From contig JAGIQG010000003.1 in NCBI GenBank assembly GCA_024679065.1, positions 109,182,001 through 109,246,000 of the forward strand: a stretch of 64,000 bases of DNA, in the 5' to 3' direction. Under the pieces are notes generated by a model, which was not told the origin of the DNA, did not search any database, and saw only the letters and a list, made by a program, of their open reading frames with translations. How positions within the stretch are numbered: the first letter of the stretch is position 1; each line of letters begins with the position of its first letter. This DNA is from Sphyrna mokarran. Lineage: Eukaryota. Positions 1 to 13,616 of this stretch are shown here, one piece after another. The translations under genes were made by a program, and so were the position numbers.

Positions 1-389
1 TTGTGTGTTATACAGACAAAACATACTGTTCATAGAGAAGAAAATGAGAGTGCAGAATGTAGTGTTATAGTCATAGCTAGAGTGTAGAGAAAGATTAACT
101 TAAGGTGAGCTAAGTCCATTCAAAAGTCCGACAGCAGCAGGAAGGAAGTTGTTTTTAAGTTGGTTGGTTCATGACTTCAGACTTTGGTATCTTTTTCCCA
201 AAGGAAGAAGGTGGAAGAGAGACTGTCGGGGTGTGTGGGGTCCTTAATTATTCTGGCCACTTTGCCGAGGCAGCGGGAAGAGTAGACAGAGTCAGTGGAT
301 GGGAGGCTGGTTTGCATGATGGATTGTGCTACATTCACAACCTTTTGTAGTTCCTTGCACTCTTGGGCAGAGCAGGAGTCATACCAAGA
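1..389 (-). mobile_element. Rex/Babar-type LINE 3' end
   Basis: Minus-strand peptide SLPSTDSVYSSRCLGKVARIIKDPTHP; related copies at 27632-27980 and 34555-34805. Confidence 0.7.
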
Positions 390-576
390 TGTGACTTTAG
401 GAGAAGAAATCATAAAAGATGCAAGGACATTTAAAATAGAAAGGGGAATATAATGGATATATTTAAAAAACCTAGAGACAGTAAAGCCCAGGGTCGGGCT
501 GGATTATATCTGGACAAACTAAAAGAAGCCAGGGAACATATAGTACAGTTACTATTGTATTTCATCCTGCAAAGCT

Positions 577-873
577 ATAGAATCCTGCAGAAGGAGGCCA
601 TTTGGCCTGTTGAGTCTGCACAGACCATAGCTCCCCCCAGGCCCTATCCCTGTGTGTTTACTCTGTTTAGTACCCCTGACATTAAGGGGCAAGTTAGCAT
701 AGCTGACCAGCCTAACCTGCAAACTTTGGACTGTGGGAGGAAACTGGAGCACCCAGAAGAAACCCATGCAAACACAGGGAGAATATTCCATAGACAGTGA
801 CCCGAGTGTGGAATTGAACCCGGGTTCCTGGTGTGTGAGACAGCAGTGTTAACCACTGTGCCACCATGCCACC
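577..873 (-). mobile_element. tRNA-derived HE1/V-type SINE
   Basis: Minus strand has a tRNA-like head (ggtggcacagtggttaac; gggttcaattcc B box), central gtttcctcccacagtccaaag domain and CR1-like tail. Confidence 0.8.
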
Positions 874-1700
874 AGGACAGCATGTTAAATCTTTCTAGCA
901 ATTGATAACTACCAATGTATAAGCTAAATAAACAACTTAATAAACAAAAGTAAGCAAAATGTTGTGGATGCTGGAATCTGAAACAAACTGGAGAATGCTA
1001 GAAAAGGTTAACAGGACAGATGCTGCCAGATTTGCTGGGCTTTTCCAGCATTCTCTGTTTTGTTTCAAATAAACAACTTGTCCTTTAGAACAGATTTTAG
1101 TAATTGGCATAAACTTCTGCATTTATTCTCGTCCTCTGTTAAAAGTACAATTGCTAATCAGAACATTTTCCAGTTGTTTTTAGAGGCATCTACCTATTGG
1201 ACTGGTCATATACAATATTGAATGCTTTCTTGCTCCTACTCAAATGACCATTATGCCCAGGCTGAAGTTATCTGAAGGTGCAGGCACATTGGTTCATAAA
1301 GCTTTAATTTTGTTTGAGAAGTGAAGGCTGCAAGATTAGTCAAGTTTAATCAGAATACTTCATCCCCTGGTTAGAAACTGTATTTTTTTTTTGCATATTT
1401 AAGTCTGGAATGTTATAAATAAGAAAAAATAACTTGTTTTCAATTTTTGTTTAAAGCTTGGCAAAGTATGAGGTTTTAATTCTTGGAGTACAGGGACAGC
1501 TTGAGCTAAGCAGCTACTGGAGCAGTGGAGGCTAGGGAAGAAAGGGAGGAACGTGCAATAAATTATATAAAATATATTCCATAATTTTGGGGCTTAATGT
1601 ATAATGAGTAATTCAGTATCAGTTTTAACTTTACAGGAATTGATATGTGAATTAAAAATTGAAATATTATAACTTACAATATTTTTCTTTGTTTTGTCAG

Positions 1701-1863
1701 AACATCTTATCAATTGTGATGCTGTTTTCAACGAAGAAAATATATATTTCTTGACGCAAATTGAACGATATGAAGCAGCTGTAAAAAAAGCTGTGCATCT
1801 GCGGCAGAAGATGAAGAAATTGGGCTGGACTGATGATGGGCCAGAGATACAGTTTGCTTTTAG
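1701..1863 (+). CDS. ACOX2: Peroxisomal branched-chain acyl-CoA oxidase, first coding exon seen in window (5' exons lie upstream)
   Basis: ttttgtcag acceptor, ag|gtattg donor; encodes HLINCDAVFNEENIYFLTQIERYEAAVKKAVHL...WTDDGPEIQFAFR, an ACOX N-terminal helical domain. Confidence 0.9.
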
Positions 1864-2550
1864 GTATTGCTTTTAAGCAAAAACTGCCAATGTGTTCTTT
1901 GTAAGAGTCCTTTTACAGAAATTGTATTTTTCTCCTTCCCCAAGGGTATCAGCTACTGCAAGAAATCTAGTATCAGGTCTGCACAAGCTATGCATTGAAA
2001 CAGGCCCATGAGAAATACATAAGAGGTATTTGGACCCAAACATTCAGGCACTGCTGCATAGAATCAAAGCTAACATCAGAAATATGGTAGAGTCTACAAG
2101 TTCGAAGACATTTATCAACACGTTGAAGCGTAGTTGCCATTCAATTTAAAGTCAAAATGAGAATGTTGCTTAAAGTATAAACATATTCTTTTTAAGAACA
2201 CTAAACCAAAGGCATATGGCAATGCTCCATTTACTGAAAGGAACCATAAAAGAATCAAACTGTTTGACACTCAGTATTAGGCCCTTGATTTCAAGCCCTT
2301 ATTTGCAGAGCATGATGCTAGAGTCAACAGGTGGGAGTTGTTGAGCTGGTTTAGCATCCGTGATTATTGAAGTCATTCATAAAGTAGGTTTTCATAAATA
2401 TATGCACTTAGACATCCAATTTTATCTCTTCATTTGATACATATCAGGTAATGGGCAATTTGATAATTTCTTTAAACACAGTTTCAGACGAGTCTGGTGT
2501 TTCTCATATTCTTTAATGGGACATGAGCATCTCTGGCTGGCCAGCATTTA

Positions 2551-2876
2551 TTGAACACTGTTTACCAACACAATTATATTGCAGCCTTGATTTAAGCTTT
2601 ATAATTTTATAAAATCAAATTGTAGGACACTTCACTGTTAAAATTTTAGTAAAAAAGTCAGCTGCTAAGTGAAACTTTGGGTTTCAGCGTACTATAGTTC
2701 AAAGAAGAGGTAGCAGTTTCTATTGTGAACTCCATATTATGAATTCTGATCTTGATTATGCAAGCAATTAATTACATTCACATTGGCTTCCTTTTGAAAT
2801 GATGATTAACAAACAGCTTGAAATCAAATTGTAAATTCATTAATTAGTAGTCTGCACCAGTTGTTGATAACTAGTT
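2551..2876 (+). repeat. Direct duplicate of intronic segment 3272-3595
   Basis: About 325 bp near-identical, both starting ttgaacactgtttaccaacacaattatattgcagc. Confidence 0.92.
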
Positions 2877-3088
2877 GCTGTTCGAGGGCAGTTGAGAGTC
2901 AGCTGCATTGCTGTGGGTCTGGGGTCACATGTAAATCAAACTGGGTAAGGATGGCAGATTTCCTTCTCTAAAAGACAGTAGTGAACCAGATAGGTTTTCC
3001 ATCAATCGAAATGGTTTCACAGTCATCAGTAGATTCTTAATTCCAATTTTTTTTTGTTTTATTGAATTCAAATTCTGTTTGTCTTTAG

Positions 3089-3243
3089 GGCCCTAAAAGA
3101 AAATGTGGCCTTTGGCATTCACAATGGAGTCTTTATACCAACAATCACAGAACTGGGAACGGATGCACAGATTGCAAAATGGATTCCACTGGCTAAGGAT
3201 TACCAGATTATTGGAACTTATGCTCAAACGGAGCTAGGCCATG
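3089..3243 (+). CDS. ACOX2: ACOX2 exon (GC donor)
   Basis: ctttag acceptor; ALKENVAFGIHNGVFIPTITELGTDAQIAKWIPLAKDYQIIGTYAQTELGHG motif; donor g|gcaagt. Confidence 0.92.
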
Positions 3244-3887
3244 GCAAGTGGACAATTTGATATAGTTACACTTGAACACTGTTTACCAACACAATTATAT
3301 TGCAGCTTTGATTTAAGCTTTATAATTTTATAAAATCAAATTGTAGGACACTTCACTGTTAAAATTTTAGTAAAAAAGTCAGCTACTAAGTGAAACTTTG
3401 GGTTTCAGCATACTATAGTTCGAAGAAGAGGTAGCAGTTTCTATTGTGAACTCCATATTATGAATTCTGATCTTGATTATGCAAGCAATTAATTACATTC
3501 ATATTAGCTTCCTTTTGAAATGATGATAAACAAACAGCTTGAAATCGTTGTAAATTCATTAATTAGTAGTCTGCACCAGTTGCTGATATCTAGCTGGTTC
3601 ATAGGTATTCATTATAATTGAGATAGTTGGATTCAATTTCAATTGGATAAACATAGCTTTCAGTTCAGGATATTTAGTACAGTCTGCACCTCTGTTGAGC
3701 ATTGTAACAAGCTTTACTGAACTTAGCAGTGCTGCTGAATCTGAGACAAGCATATTAACTGAACCTGAAATTTGTCTGTTTAAGTGATAACAACCAATAG
3801 ACTTTATGAAAGTAAGGTAATCAACTTTTTGTTTCCGACAGTGATCTCTTAAACTTTCCACATCATTTACCTGCTGTTTATTTTAAG

Positions 3888-3995
3888 GCACATACCTTCG
3901 TGGACTAGAGACAACGGCAACCTTTGATGCTCTCAGCCAGAATTTCATCCTCAACACACCAAAAATGTCCTCAATAAAATGGTGGCCTGGTGACT
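3888..3995 (+). CDS. ACOX2: ACOX2 exon
   Basis: ttttaag acceptor; [13 protein letters not shown]...KWWPGD; gtaagc donor. Confidence 0.95.
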
Positions 3996-4805
3996 GTAAG
4001 CCTCAGAGATATCAATCTTACTAGACTTATAAGCTATTTCTATCTATTTTTGTACTTAACCATCGAATTACTTTGAGTAGAAACTTTTAAGAAATTCAAC
4101 ATACATTGTACTCCAATAATTTTGTGCATAAATGGGTTCTGAGATGTTTTATGTTTTACAGCTTTACAGATGCTAATAAATGCAAGATGTTGATATATGA
4201 TGGGCTGGATCTTAATGGAGTGGGGTGTCTCACGATGCATGCTGTTAAGTTAGATCTTTTTCTGCACACTTAATCTTAGTAGAATTTTACATCATTCATT
4301 TGCTGAAAGTGCAAACTGATAATGGTGAGAAGATGGAAAGAGGGTATCTTGGAGCTTAGTGAATGACAGAGTCAGTGGTGCATTTAACCAGTAAGATTTA
4401 AGTATTAAAAAAGGAATAATGAAGGAGAGTGAAGTTAAATCAAATCTGGTACAGAAGAGAAAATGATTGGATTAAGAGAGATAAAAGTTAGATAGGAAAA
4501 AAAGAGAAAAAAAAATTTCTCAACAACAGTTGCGTGCACGAGAATGCATTAAATTATTCTCTTTCTGGGGCAGAAAAATTGGTATTATCTATTATTAACC
4601 TTAGTTAAAAGAATATTTATGCTTTAACTAGTGGACACAACTTTCCATGGTGAGAATAGTGGTCAATTGATGGGTAAATACAGCAAGTCCTTAAAAGCTT
4701 AGGGCAAAGCAAACCATGTTGAGCAAATTGACTAATTTGGAAAATAAATACTAATGATCTATTGATTTGAAAAGTCTTCATGCAGTCTTTGTTTTCTACT
4801 TACAG

Positions 4806-4925
4806 TGGGTAGATCGGCGAATCATGCTGTGGTCTTGGCTCAGCTATATACCCAAGGGATGTGCCATGGAATGCATGCATTTATCGTTCAGATTCGCAGT
4901 CTGGTGGACCATTCTCCTTTACCAG
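4806..4925 (+). CDS. ACOX2: ACOX2 exon
   Basis: tacag acceptor; [40 protein letters not shown]; gtaata donor. Confidence 0.95.
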
Positions 4926-6779
4926 GTAATATGCTGCAGGTCTTAATTGCCTTTTAAAAGGCTGTACAGGAACAAAGCCTGTTGTTTTGTTCTGAGGAGA
5001 GAAAGTTATAATGAACACTATTGTGATTGTTATGCTGATATGTGTGGAACCATATAACATGCATACTACTTAAAATTTGTATAAGTAGGACATAACAGCA
5101 CAAAGTTGTGTATTCCTTGTTCCATGCCCAATACCACAGTTGATATTTTGAATTACAGAAGAATATTGCTGCTCCTTGATAGTGATGTGGGAAATTCTGT
5201 TAGGTGGCCTGATTAATTTAAATTCTTTTCATTAAACATTTCATTTCACGAAGGCAAAAAAAAGTTTATTCAGTTCAATGAAATTCTTCAATTAAACTTG
5301 TTTTTATTAAAACATTGAATGTTCGTATCAAAAACATTACAAATTAACAATATTCAGGCAAACTCACAATTAGGACAAGGCCATTTCGGTCAAAATGGGA
5401 GATCAATGGTTCTACCTACGCAGCTAATAAGCTAGCAGGCTTTCACAAAAGAGCTCAAATCTCATGCCACAGAGCAGAATTGGTTATAGTTTTCATTATC
5501 AGATTATACAGCCCAGCATGTATTTAAAAGCAATTTCATTCATTCACTGTTCCATCAATCTAACAATGGCATGTCCTTCATATTTTGACACCTCAAATAT
5601 TGATCTGTCAATTGTCTATCTGTTTTATGGAAGTTCTCTCCCAAAAATAGCTTCTTATGATTCAACATTTCTCTAACGAGTTTAAACCAGCTCTAATACC
5701 AAAGGACACCTTTATTTCTTGATATTATCACCTGGCCTGGTAATTTACTTTGTTACATAAATTGTGCTGATGTATTTCATGAATACATATTTTATTTTAC
5801 TGACATGTTACAAATTCATTTCTTAGAGACATTATTAGGATGTTACTTTAAATATTTTGTATTATTCTCAAACCATATATTAAAACATTAGCTGCTAATT
5901 ATTCTCATGTTGGGTATTTAGAATTAATCAGAATCTCAGCTAAAATAGGAAATGCTTGCTGGACCAAATGAGGCCATTTTCTCATCAGCACAGCTGCATA
6001 TTTGAGTGTAAACAAAATAAACCTGAATACTTATTAAAATTTAGTTGGTGAAAGTAAACATTATTCTAAATCTATGACTAAAATAACCCTCTAACATGCA
6101 CAGAATTTTAATTGCCAAGGAGATTTGAGTGCGAGTGGGGAAGAGGGGTTAAAGCCCCAAAATAATGGCATCAGGCTGGGAACCCAACTTATCCCACTCT
6201 CTTCTGGGTTTAACCTAATTGGTTTGCAAACGAGTCAGAAATTTCTGGTGATCTGTCATGTAAATGATAAAAATATATAAATTCCCAATTAATTCAGGGT
6301 TTAACTCATAATTCTGGCTTTAACAGCCAGCATGTCAATTTCTGGAGTGGTGTGGAAATTCACCAGGGTCAAGGCAAAATAGAGTTGAGGCATGGGGGGG
6401 GTATCATGCTCTCTTTATTTGCATTAGGTGCCTAAAGGTAATAAAATTCTGCTTGTGTGTTAGGTATATTGCTGGGGTCATCGGAAAAATTAGGTTGGGT
6501 GAACCTGTGAATACCCAACCTGATTCTCCTTATGACCTCAGCAACCTCCCTCTCAACCTGTATACCATTTTACCCACCTACCCACTTTCCTACCTGAAAT
6601 GGCCTAGCAACCTATTTGGCTGCATTGTGTTCAAGAAGGTGGCTGGATCACAACTTTCACAAGGACAGTTAGGGCTGAGCAATAAATGCTGGCCTTGCCA
6701 ACAATGTCCATGTCCCACAAATGTTTAAAAATAAATAAACACATGCTATGGCTAATGTATTATTAAAATTTGGTTCCAG

Positions 6780-6895
6780 GTGTCAAAATTGGAGACATTG
6801 GTCCAAAGATGGCATTTGAACATGTTGACAATGGATATTTAATGTTGCAAAATGTTCACATTCCCAGGGAGAACATGCTAAGCAGATACAGTGAG
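6780..6895 (+). CDS. ACOX2: ACOX2 exon
   Basis: ttccag acceptor; VKIGDIGPKMAFEHVDNGYLMLQNVHIPRENMLSRYSE; gtaaac donor. Confidence 0.95.
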
Positions 6896-7435
6896 GTAAA
6901 CAATTAAAGTTCTTAGCATAATTCTTAACTGGAGTTCTTAGTATTTTTTCAAATTTGTACATGGGATGTGAGTGTCATTGGCAAGACCAGCATTTATAGT
7001 TTATCTTTAATTGCCCTTGTAAGGTGGTGGTAAATCCCTCCCTGGAATCGCTGCATTACATTTGGTGTGGGCACATCCATAGTGCTGTTGGGAAAAGATT
7101 TCTTCATACTTGAAAGTTCACATTATTAATTATCTTTCTAAAAATTAAAATGTGTAATGTTTTCCCTTAAGAGCAGATTATGCAAATATATTTCTTAAAA
7201 ATAAAGTAAAATGAACAATTTACATGTTTAGAAAATGAATTACAGGCTGTCTAGATAAAAGGAAAATCCATGAATGTAGAAAATCTCCAAATAAAAATGG
7301 AAAATATTTTTGAAGAAAGCTTGGAAAATGGACACAATGCATCTTGAACATAGGACACACACACAATGGTGTGAAGGGTTTAAGGTGGCTAATGGGCTGC
7401 TGAGGAAATTGACTGATTTGTTCTGGACCGGGTTA

Positions 7436-7720
7436 AATTAAAGTTTATTTATTAGTGTCAAAGTAGGCTTACATTTACATGGAAATAAAGTTACTATGAA
7501 AATCCCTTAGTTGCCACCTCTTCAGGTACACTGAGGGAGAATTTAGCATGACCAATGTATTTAACCATCTCATCTTTCGGACTGTGGGAGGAAACCAGAG
7601 CACCTGGATTAAACCCACGCAGGCATGGGGAAAACTTGCAAACTCCACACAGGCAATGACCCAAACTAGGGTTGAACCCAGATCCCTGGTGCTGTGAGGT
7701 AGCAATGCTAACCATTGTGA
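7436..7720 (-). mobile_element. HE1/V-type SINE, alternative tail subfamily
   Basis: Same head and central domain; tail gtaacttt..gtaagcctact..aataaataaact shared with 17878 and 33312 copies. Confidence 0.75.
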
Positions 7721-9048
7721 ATGTTGTTGTAGCTGCATCTCTTCAAACAAGCTGAGGCTATGCTACCCCTGCTCTTGATTTGTGCTTGGAGGTGAACTAA
7801 TCTCCTCAAAATCCAGCCTCTGACCTCCCCTACTAACCAAAGCACTGATGTGGCTGGTCCATTTGAATTTCAGGTCATTGTAGCAACCCAGCATATTGAT
7901 ATAGGGAGATTTGATATTGCTATTGAATGCCATAGGAGAACTGGTTAGACTGTCCTCTTGTGAGAAGTGAATGGTAGAGTGTCAGTCTTCTGAACCTGCA
8001 GAAATAATAAGGTCATCAATTCATGCTCTGCACATGATAAAAACAGCTTTAATTTTCAGTTTCACGTGAAATACCAGTCCTTTCTTGCAGAATGTAAATA
8101 ACTTGTAGGTTTCATCTTGCAGTATAATGTTCTCTATAGTTATAATTCAGGTCAGAAACTCGGGCATTTTATGAAGCTCATCTGGATCATAAGTTTTGCA
8201 CTTTGTTTTTGGCTAGGGTGAGCGTGAAATGTTTCTCTTCAGATATGGTTCAACTGATCCACTGGGGAGCTTTTATCAAACAAAAGTTTATTTAAGAGTA
8301 TAGCTAACGTGTATAAAGAAAATTAGCAATAACTCTTACAAACAAGAAAAAAAATAACATAACCCTTGACAAATATATGAAATGTTCCAATCAAACAAAC
8401 TTTCTGATACAAAATTCTTGCCACAGATTTAGCACAGAAAATACGAATGCTGACTTGATGCTGGAATTTAGTCCTTTGGTTGGATGCTGCAGTTCTCTTG
8501 AGACACTGACACAAGCTTAAAGTCAGAACAACTCCCCAAAACACAGAGAGAGAGATAGAAGATATAGGTACTATCTAGTAAATCACCAACAGCAGAATTT
8601 TCACTCCAGGAAGGCAAGAAGCCTTGCTTCCAGCAATATCAGAGAGAGAGAAACACTGCTTTTCAATGTGATGTCTACCCCCTTCTGAAGTTAAAACTAC
8701 AGTCAAACTGAAAATAAAATCTTGAAATCGCTAGGAAGAAAAAATGGAAATGAAGTTACTATGAAAATCCCCTAATCCAAAACACATGACCTGCCAACCA
8801 GTTTCCCTCCTAACAATGCAGGGTAGTAAAAGAAATGCCAGAGTAAAAAGTAACAAAACCCTATTTAAACCATTGAAGCAGCAATAAAAAGGCTTCCGGC
8901 AGATAGCCTGGCAACAATGAAACTAAAAGTCCTACTTACAACTGCAGAGAATATGATGATAAAATTCTTAAAGATACACTATTGATCGTTCCTTGTGCTT
9001 ACTGAATTAGAAATATCAGTTTTGCATTAATGCCCGTTGCCATTTTAG

Positions 9049-9221
9049 GTTACTTCAGATGGCAGCTATATTAAACAAGGATCTGACAGAATCAATTACA
9101 TCTCTATGGTGCTTACTCGAGTGAGGATAATATCAAGAACAATTGTGCCTGCTCTTTCTAAAGCCTGCGTTATTGCTGTCCGATATTCTGTGGTGAGACG
9201 TCAATCAAAATTAAATGCTGG
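9049..9221 (+). CDS. ACOX2: ACOX2 exon
   Basis: ttttag acceptor; VTSDGSYIKQGSDRINYISMVLTRV...KACVIAVRYSVVRRQS; gtatgt donor. Confidence 0.95.
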
Positions 9222-10811
9222 GTATGTTTGGTGTGATTTAATAAATATTGTAATGTGGGTTTACTTATATGTTGATCGTTTGTTAAAATGTTTTTGTTGC
9301 TGCTGATTTTACTTCCAAACCAAAAGTTGCATTACTATAGCAAAGTGGGCAGATTTTTGACCTGATAATTATTTTGAATGAAAGTACAGGGTAAGTGATG
9401 GTGTGAGGGGGAGGATTTCAAATTAATGGGACATCAGGACCAGTTCTGGGGGAGGTGGAACCAGTACAGACTAGATGGATTGCACCTGGGCAAGACCAGA
9501 ATTGATGTTCTAGGAGGGAATATTTGCTAAAGTGAATGGGGAGGATTTAAACTGATATGGCAGGGGGTGGGAACTATGCATGGAGCCGGAGGAGGAATCA
9601 AGGAATAGAACAAAAGACAGGGGAGTAGGAAAAGTGATAGAGTAATCAACAGACAGGATCACAGTGAAAAATAGTGGGAACGAGACAAGTAATGTATAAC
9701 AACAAGCCTTAAGATTTTGAGCTTTAATGCATGGAACATTTGCAATAAAGTAGATGAATTAATCATGCAAATAGATGTAAACAGATATGATGTATCTGAT
9801 ATATGGCTGCAGAGTGACCAGGGATGGGAATTGAGTATCCAGAGGTATTCAGTATTTCGGATGGATACACAAAAGAAAGGTGGTGGAATTGCATTACTAG
9901 TTAAAGAGAAATTTAATGTAATAGTGAGGAAAAATATTAGCTTCAACATCATAGAATTTGTATGGAAAAAGTGAGAAGCACCAAAGGAGCAAAAAACATT
10001 AGTGGATGTTGTATATAAATTCCTAAACTATAGTGATGATGTTGAGAATAGCAATAAGCAGGAAATTAGAGACATTTGCAATAAAGGAACATCTGTAATT
10101 ATGGGTTTAACTTAATCTGCATATAGATTGGGCAAATCAAATTAATTACAATAATATAGTGGAATTCCTAGAGTGTATACAGAATGGTTTTCCTGACCAA
10201 TATGTTGTGGGATCAACTAGAGAACAGCCATCCTAGACTGCGTATTGTGTAATGAGAAATGAATAAATTGGCAAACTAGTTGTATGAGACTTGATCCTTT
10301 GGAAATGAATGACCAATTAATAGTAGAATTCTTCATCAAGATGAAGAGTGACGTCATTGATTCTGAGATGAGAGTCCTGAATCTTAATAAAGGAAACTCT
10401 AATGGTATGAAGCGCAGTTGGCTATGATAGTTTGGGAAATGTTACTTAAAGAAATGATGGTGGATAGGCAATGGCAAAGATTCAAAGAGCACAGGGATGA
10501 ACTGTACCAATTGTTCATTTTTGTCTGGCACAAAAGTAAAATGGGAAAGATGACCAAACCATGGATGACAAAAGATGACAAAACATGGATAAAAGTGAGG
10601 TCATCCACTTGTGTAGCAAAAATAGGGTAGCAGGTTATTATATGAGTAGCTATAAATTGAGGAGAATGTGCAATGAGACCTAGATGTCCTCATACAGCAG
10701 TTGTTGAAGGTAAGTGAAGGCAGTAAGAAAGGCAAATGGTATGTTGGTTTTCCTGCAATTTTAGAGGGTCTTGGTGAGTCCACACCTGGAATATTGTGTG
10801 TAGTTTTAGGT

Positions 10812-12360
10812 CACATTGCCTCAGATAATAAGGAGACTGTGGAGATCCATCAAAGATGCCCAAAGACAGTGCTGGACCAAGGTAGAGTTTCAGGCTAGCT
10901 ACCGACTATGGCAAAGTCAGCAAAACCTAACAGACTATAAGATGAAGGCTAGGATCGCCAGCAGCAATGCAATCCTCCCTGATGAGCTCAACACATTCTA
11001 TGCCCGTTTTGAGCAAGAGGTCAGCAGGGGCATGCCCTCCACCTAGGAAGTCTCAGTTGAACCCATATTCAAATCAAATAATAAAACCCTACAGTGCAGA
11101 AATAGGCCATTCGGCCCATCAAGTCTGCACCAACCATAATCCCACCCAGACTCTATCCCCATATATTACACACTAATCCCTCTAACCTGCGCAACCCGGG
11201 ACACTAAGGGGTGATTTAGCATGGCCAATTAACCTAACCTGCACATCTTTGGACTCTGGGAGGAAACTGGAGCACCTGGAGGAATCCCACACAGACACAG
11301 GAAGAATGTGCAAACTGCACTCAGACAGTGACCTAAACCGAGAATTGAACTCAGTTCCCTGGAGCTGTGAAGCAGCAGTGCTAACCACTGTGCTATCGTG
11401 CCGCCCATCAAGGTCACCTTCACAGATGTCAGATCAGCCTTCTCAAAAGTCAACCCATGGAAAACCATGGGGTACCTAGACGAGCATGGAGCAACTGGCA
11501 GGAGTATTCTCAGGCATCTTTAACCCCCTTTGTACCAATATGAGATCCCTTTCTACTTCAAGAAGATAACCATCATCCCTGTATCATAAAAAAAGCCAGG
11601 TAACATGCCTTAATGAATATTGCCCAGTGACTCTGATATCCATCATTATGAAGTGCTGCGAAAGGTTAGTCATGGCACAAATCAGTTCTGGCCTCCCAGA
11701 TTACCTGGATCCGATATAGTTTGCCTATCGCTGCAACAGGTCCGCAGCAGACACCATCTCCCTGGCCTTACACTCAACCCTGGAACATCTGGATGACAAT
11801 GGCACCAACGTCAGACTCCTATTTATTCACTAAAGTTCAACCTTCAACACCATTATTCCAACAAAACCCCTCTCCAAACTCTATGGCCTTGGTCTTGGCT
11901 CCTCCCTCTGTAACTGGATTCTAACTAGATTTTCTTACCCACAGACTGCAGTCAGTAAGGATAGTCAACAACACTTCCTCCATGATCATCCTCATGTCCT
12001 GATTCCTCCAGGACATACTGATGATCTGAACAGCTAGAAACTTGAAGCTCTTGATCACTTCCACTTCATCTCCATTACTGTAGCCAGGGGCATGTCTTTC
12101 GCTACGCTTCCTGAAGTCAATGACTGTCTACTTCATTGACATTGAGGTAGAGATTATTGTTGTCCCACCATTTCACCAGATTTGCTACCTCCTTCCTATA
12201 CTCTCGTCATTGAGGTCCGATTCATTATGGTGGTATTGTCAACAAACTTGAAAATCAAGTTGGAGGGGAATTTGACCGAACAATCATGAATTTATAAGGA
12301 GTGTAGTAAGGGGCTGAAATCACAACTTTGTGGGACACCACTGTTGAGGATATCGTGAAG
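10812..12360 (+). mobile_element. Rex/Babar-type LINE fragment with inverted distal part
   Basis: LPDELNTFYARFE and degraded RT motifs on +; RT continuation (GVPQ..SPLL, KFVDNT) on - at about 12000-12360. Confidence 0.75.
11069..11406 (-). mobile_element. HE1/V-type SINE nested in the Rex element
   Basis: Full-length similarity to 577-873. Confidence 0.8.
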
Positions 12361-13616
12361 GACTAGAGAGGGTAGATGCAGGAAAAATGTTCCCAATGGT
12401 GGGGGAGTCCACAACCAAGGATAGTAGTCTAAGAATATGGGGTTAATCTTTTACGACTGAGATGAGAAATTTATTCAGCCTGAGAATAGTAAGCCCGTGG
12501 AATTCACTAGCAAAGAAAGTAATTGAGGTCAAAACATTATATGTTCTCAAGAAGGAGTTACATATGGCACTTGGTTTGAAGGAGATCAAAGGATATGGGA
12601 GGGAAGGCAGAATCAGGTGATTAAGTTGGATGATAATGAATGGCAGAGCTGTCTTGAATGGCCTACTCCTATTTTCAATACAAGTCTCTTTACGGAAGTG
12701 CTGATCACACCTGAAGAAAGTAAGAATTTTTAAGACCAGAAAAAATCATGAGGTTCAACAAATTCATTATTTGGCTGATTGATCAACCTACTTGCGTGCT
12801 TTCTGAATATATCCCTTCATCTTTCCTGTAACTGTCTTGATGCCTTGCATGCTTTCTCCTTTCTCCTTTTCTGGTACCATGCTACCCACCAAGTGAAAAA
12901 GAATTCACCTGGCATTCTTTCTTGCTCTTCATTTCTTTATTTTGATCTAAGTTGCATTTGTAACATTATCAGAAATGAACACTATGGCTAAATTTAATTA
13001 CTTTAATTACATTTACATTCATTTTCTTTTTCCAAAAGGAAATAAATACAATTTTTGTAACCATTCCTAATATCTTATATTCCTAATGCAGAGTTTTCTT
13101 GGTTAGCTCACCTTTATATCATTTCATAGGCAGTAAAACCCTCCAATTTCAAATGAAACCTGGATACCATACCAGCTGTATAGCAGTCTGTCTACACTGC
13201 TCCATCTCTGCTAATACTTGTACTCTTTTTTTTCCCCATTGCATCCAAGTTAAATAATGTTCACGTTAGCAATATAACGACAAACTGAATTGTCACACTA
13301 TTATGCTTAAAGGGAATTTGTTCAAGTGAGGGTAACATCTAACAAAAATCAAGCTATGTCAAATATAAGCCAGTTCAAATGGCAGATAATATCTGGACTT
13401 ATTCTATTTTATGTTTCTATAGCCCTTGGGGCTAAAGGAATATAGGGATATGGGAGAATTGCAGGATCAGGGTATTGAATTTGATGATCAGCCATTATCA
13501 AAATGAATGGTGGAGCAGATTCAAAGGGATGAATGGTCTACGCCTGCTATTATTGTATATTTCTGACTTTGTACTAGCATTTCAGCTTTGATTTTGAAGT
13601 TATGATCTGTCCTTAG

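Larger units (their letters stand above)
9370..12680 (+). mobile_element. Decayed CR1-type LINE interrupted by a Rex/Babar insertion
   Basis: APE-like peptide SFNAWNICNKVDEL...GGGIALLVKE; CR1 3' end resumes at about 12361. Confidence 0.75.

Noticed and set aside
820-873. tRNA-like A/B boxes (also 11340-11406, 17878-17945)
   Set aside because: Heads of SINEs, without a full cloverleaf; not tRNA genes
2551-2876. Possible duplicated mutually exclusive exon as in ACOX1
   Set aside because: The duplicated segment is purely intronic and has no copy of the exon
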